From Candidatus Latescibacterota bacterium (GTDB taxonomy: Bacteria; Latescibacterota; UBA2968; UBA8231), in the NCBI GenBank assembly GCA_022825835.1, contig JAJDVZ010000131.1:15532-79531 (forward strand): a DNA stretch of 64,000 nt, given 5' to 3'. The position numbers were made by a program, and so were the translations under genes. Shown piece by piece: positions 63,503 to 64,000 of this stretch; within the stretch, counting starts at the first letter, position 1; every line of letters begins with the position of its first letter. Below the pieces are notes generated by a model. That model was not told the DNA's origin. It searched no databases and worked only from the letters and a program-made list of their open reading frames with translations.

Positions 63503-64000
63503 AAAACACCCGCCTGCCGAGCAGCCGGTTTTGCAGCAGCGTCAATGCCAAAATCGCGATGAAGAGCACAAAGGCCATCGCCGAGGCATAGCCGGCGTTG
63601 TGGTACTCAAAAACCTGATCGAAAATGGCAATGCTGAGCACATCGACCGAGTCGCGGGCACCCGGCGTCCGCAGGATATAAACGTGATTAAAGGCTTTGA
63701 AGGTCCCAATGACGGCTACCATCGACAGAAAGAACAGGGTTGGTGAAACCAGAGGCAGGGTAATATGCCGGAAGACTTGCCACTCGCCAGCACCGTCCAT
63801 TTCCGCGGCCTCATAGTACTGCTTGGGGATCGCACTGAGGCCGGCCAGTAAAATCACCGTGTCGTAGCCGACATAGACCCAAATGTTGTAGAGGATGATC
63901 GAGGTCAGAGCTAGGCTCGGGAAGACGCTGTCCACCCACGCGGGGTAGGAAGCAAAGCCGGCTCCCTGTAGTAACAGGGCTACGACGGACTTGCTCTCGT
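63492..64000 (-). CDS. Carbohydrate ABC transporter permease (UgpA/MalF-like), 5'-truncated by window edge
   Basis: LAGL.AIP..YYEAAEMDGA, FRHITLPL.SPT, GYASAMA. Confidence 0.9.
   Translation of the reverse strand, partial: ESKSVVALLLQGAGFASYPAWVDSVFPSLALTSIILYNIWVYVGYDTVILLAGLSAIPKQYYEAAEMDGAGEWQVFRHITLPLVSPTLFFLSMVAVIGTFKAFNHVYILRTPGARDSVDVLSIAIFDQVFEYHNAGYASAMAFVLFIAILALTLLQNRLLGRRVFYGD

Noticed and set aside
1-64000. tRNA, rRNA, known riboswitches, prophage or integrase genes
   Set aside because: No cloverleaf or T-loop consensus, rRNA-like stretch or phage hallmark protein was recognised by eye. A covariance-model scan would be needed to exclude small RNAs.

Overview
GC-rich (roughly 60-65% by eye) bacterial window with about 50 protein-coding genes and no rRNA, tRNA or CRISPR array that I can support. 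Gene content (FlgD-Ig/T9SS-like C-terminal domains, a C-terminal 'TAVEATSW..VK' motif, DUF6785-type transporter, several sulfatases, PhyH/TauD dioxygenases, ankyrin fusions) suggests an uncultured FCB-group heterotroph such as Ca. Latescibacterota, possibly marine or sponge-associated (inference). The best candidate for an undescribed system is the + strand cluster at 1-10.5 kb. It holds two paralogous large putative outer-membrane proteins, a GT-C/TPR glycosyltransferase, two paralogous secreted proteins with FlgD-Ig tails (third copy at 54.9 kb) and a CBM9-like protein with a short C-terminal motif, and it is followed by sugar-acid uptake and catabolism genes. Other notable items are tandem PQQ-dehydrogenase-ankyrin fusions, an ~85-bp upstream element with a GGAAT-N18-GTCTAA promoter shared by two unrelated genes, and a decayed IS1-family element apparently carrying two secreted cargo genes. 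The window also has dispersed (ATCTGCGTCC)n repeats, a leaderless hicAB operon, an unannotated 52-aa ORF and an apparent CTAG/CCAAG-rich mutational signature. Start codons were adjusted by eye using RBS and signal-peptide evidence. All family assignments are from motif recognition, not database searches.
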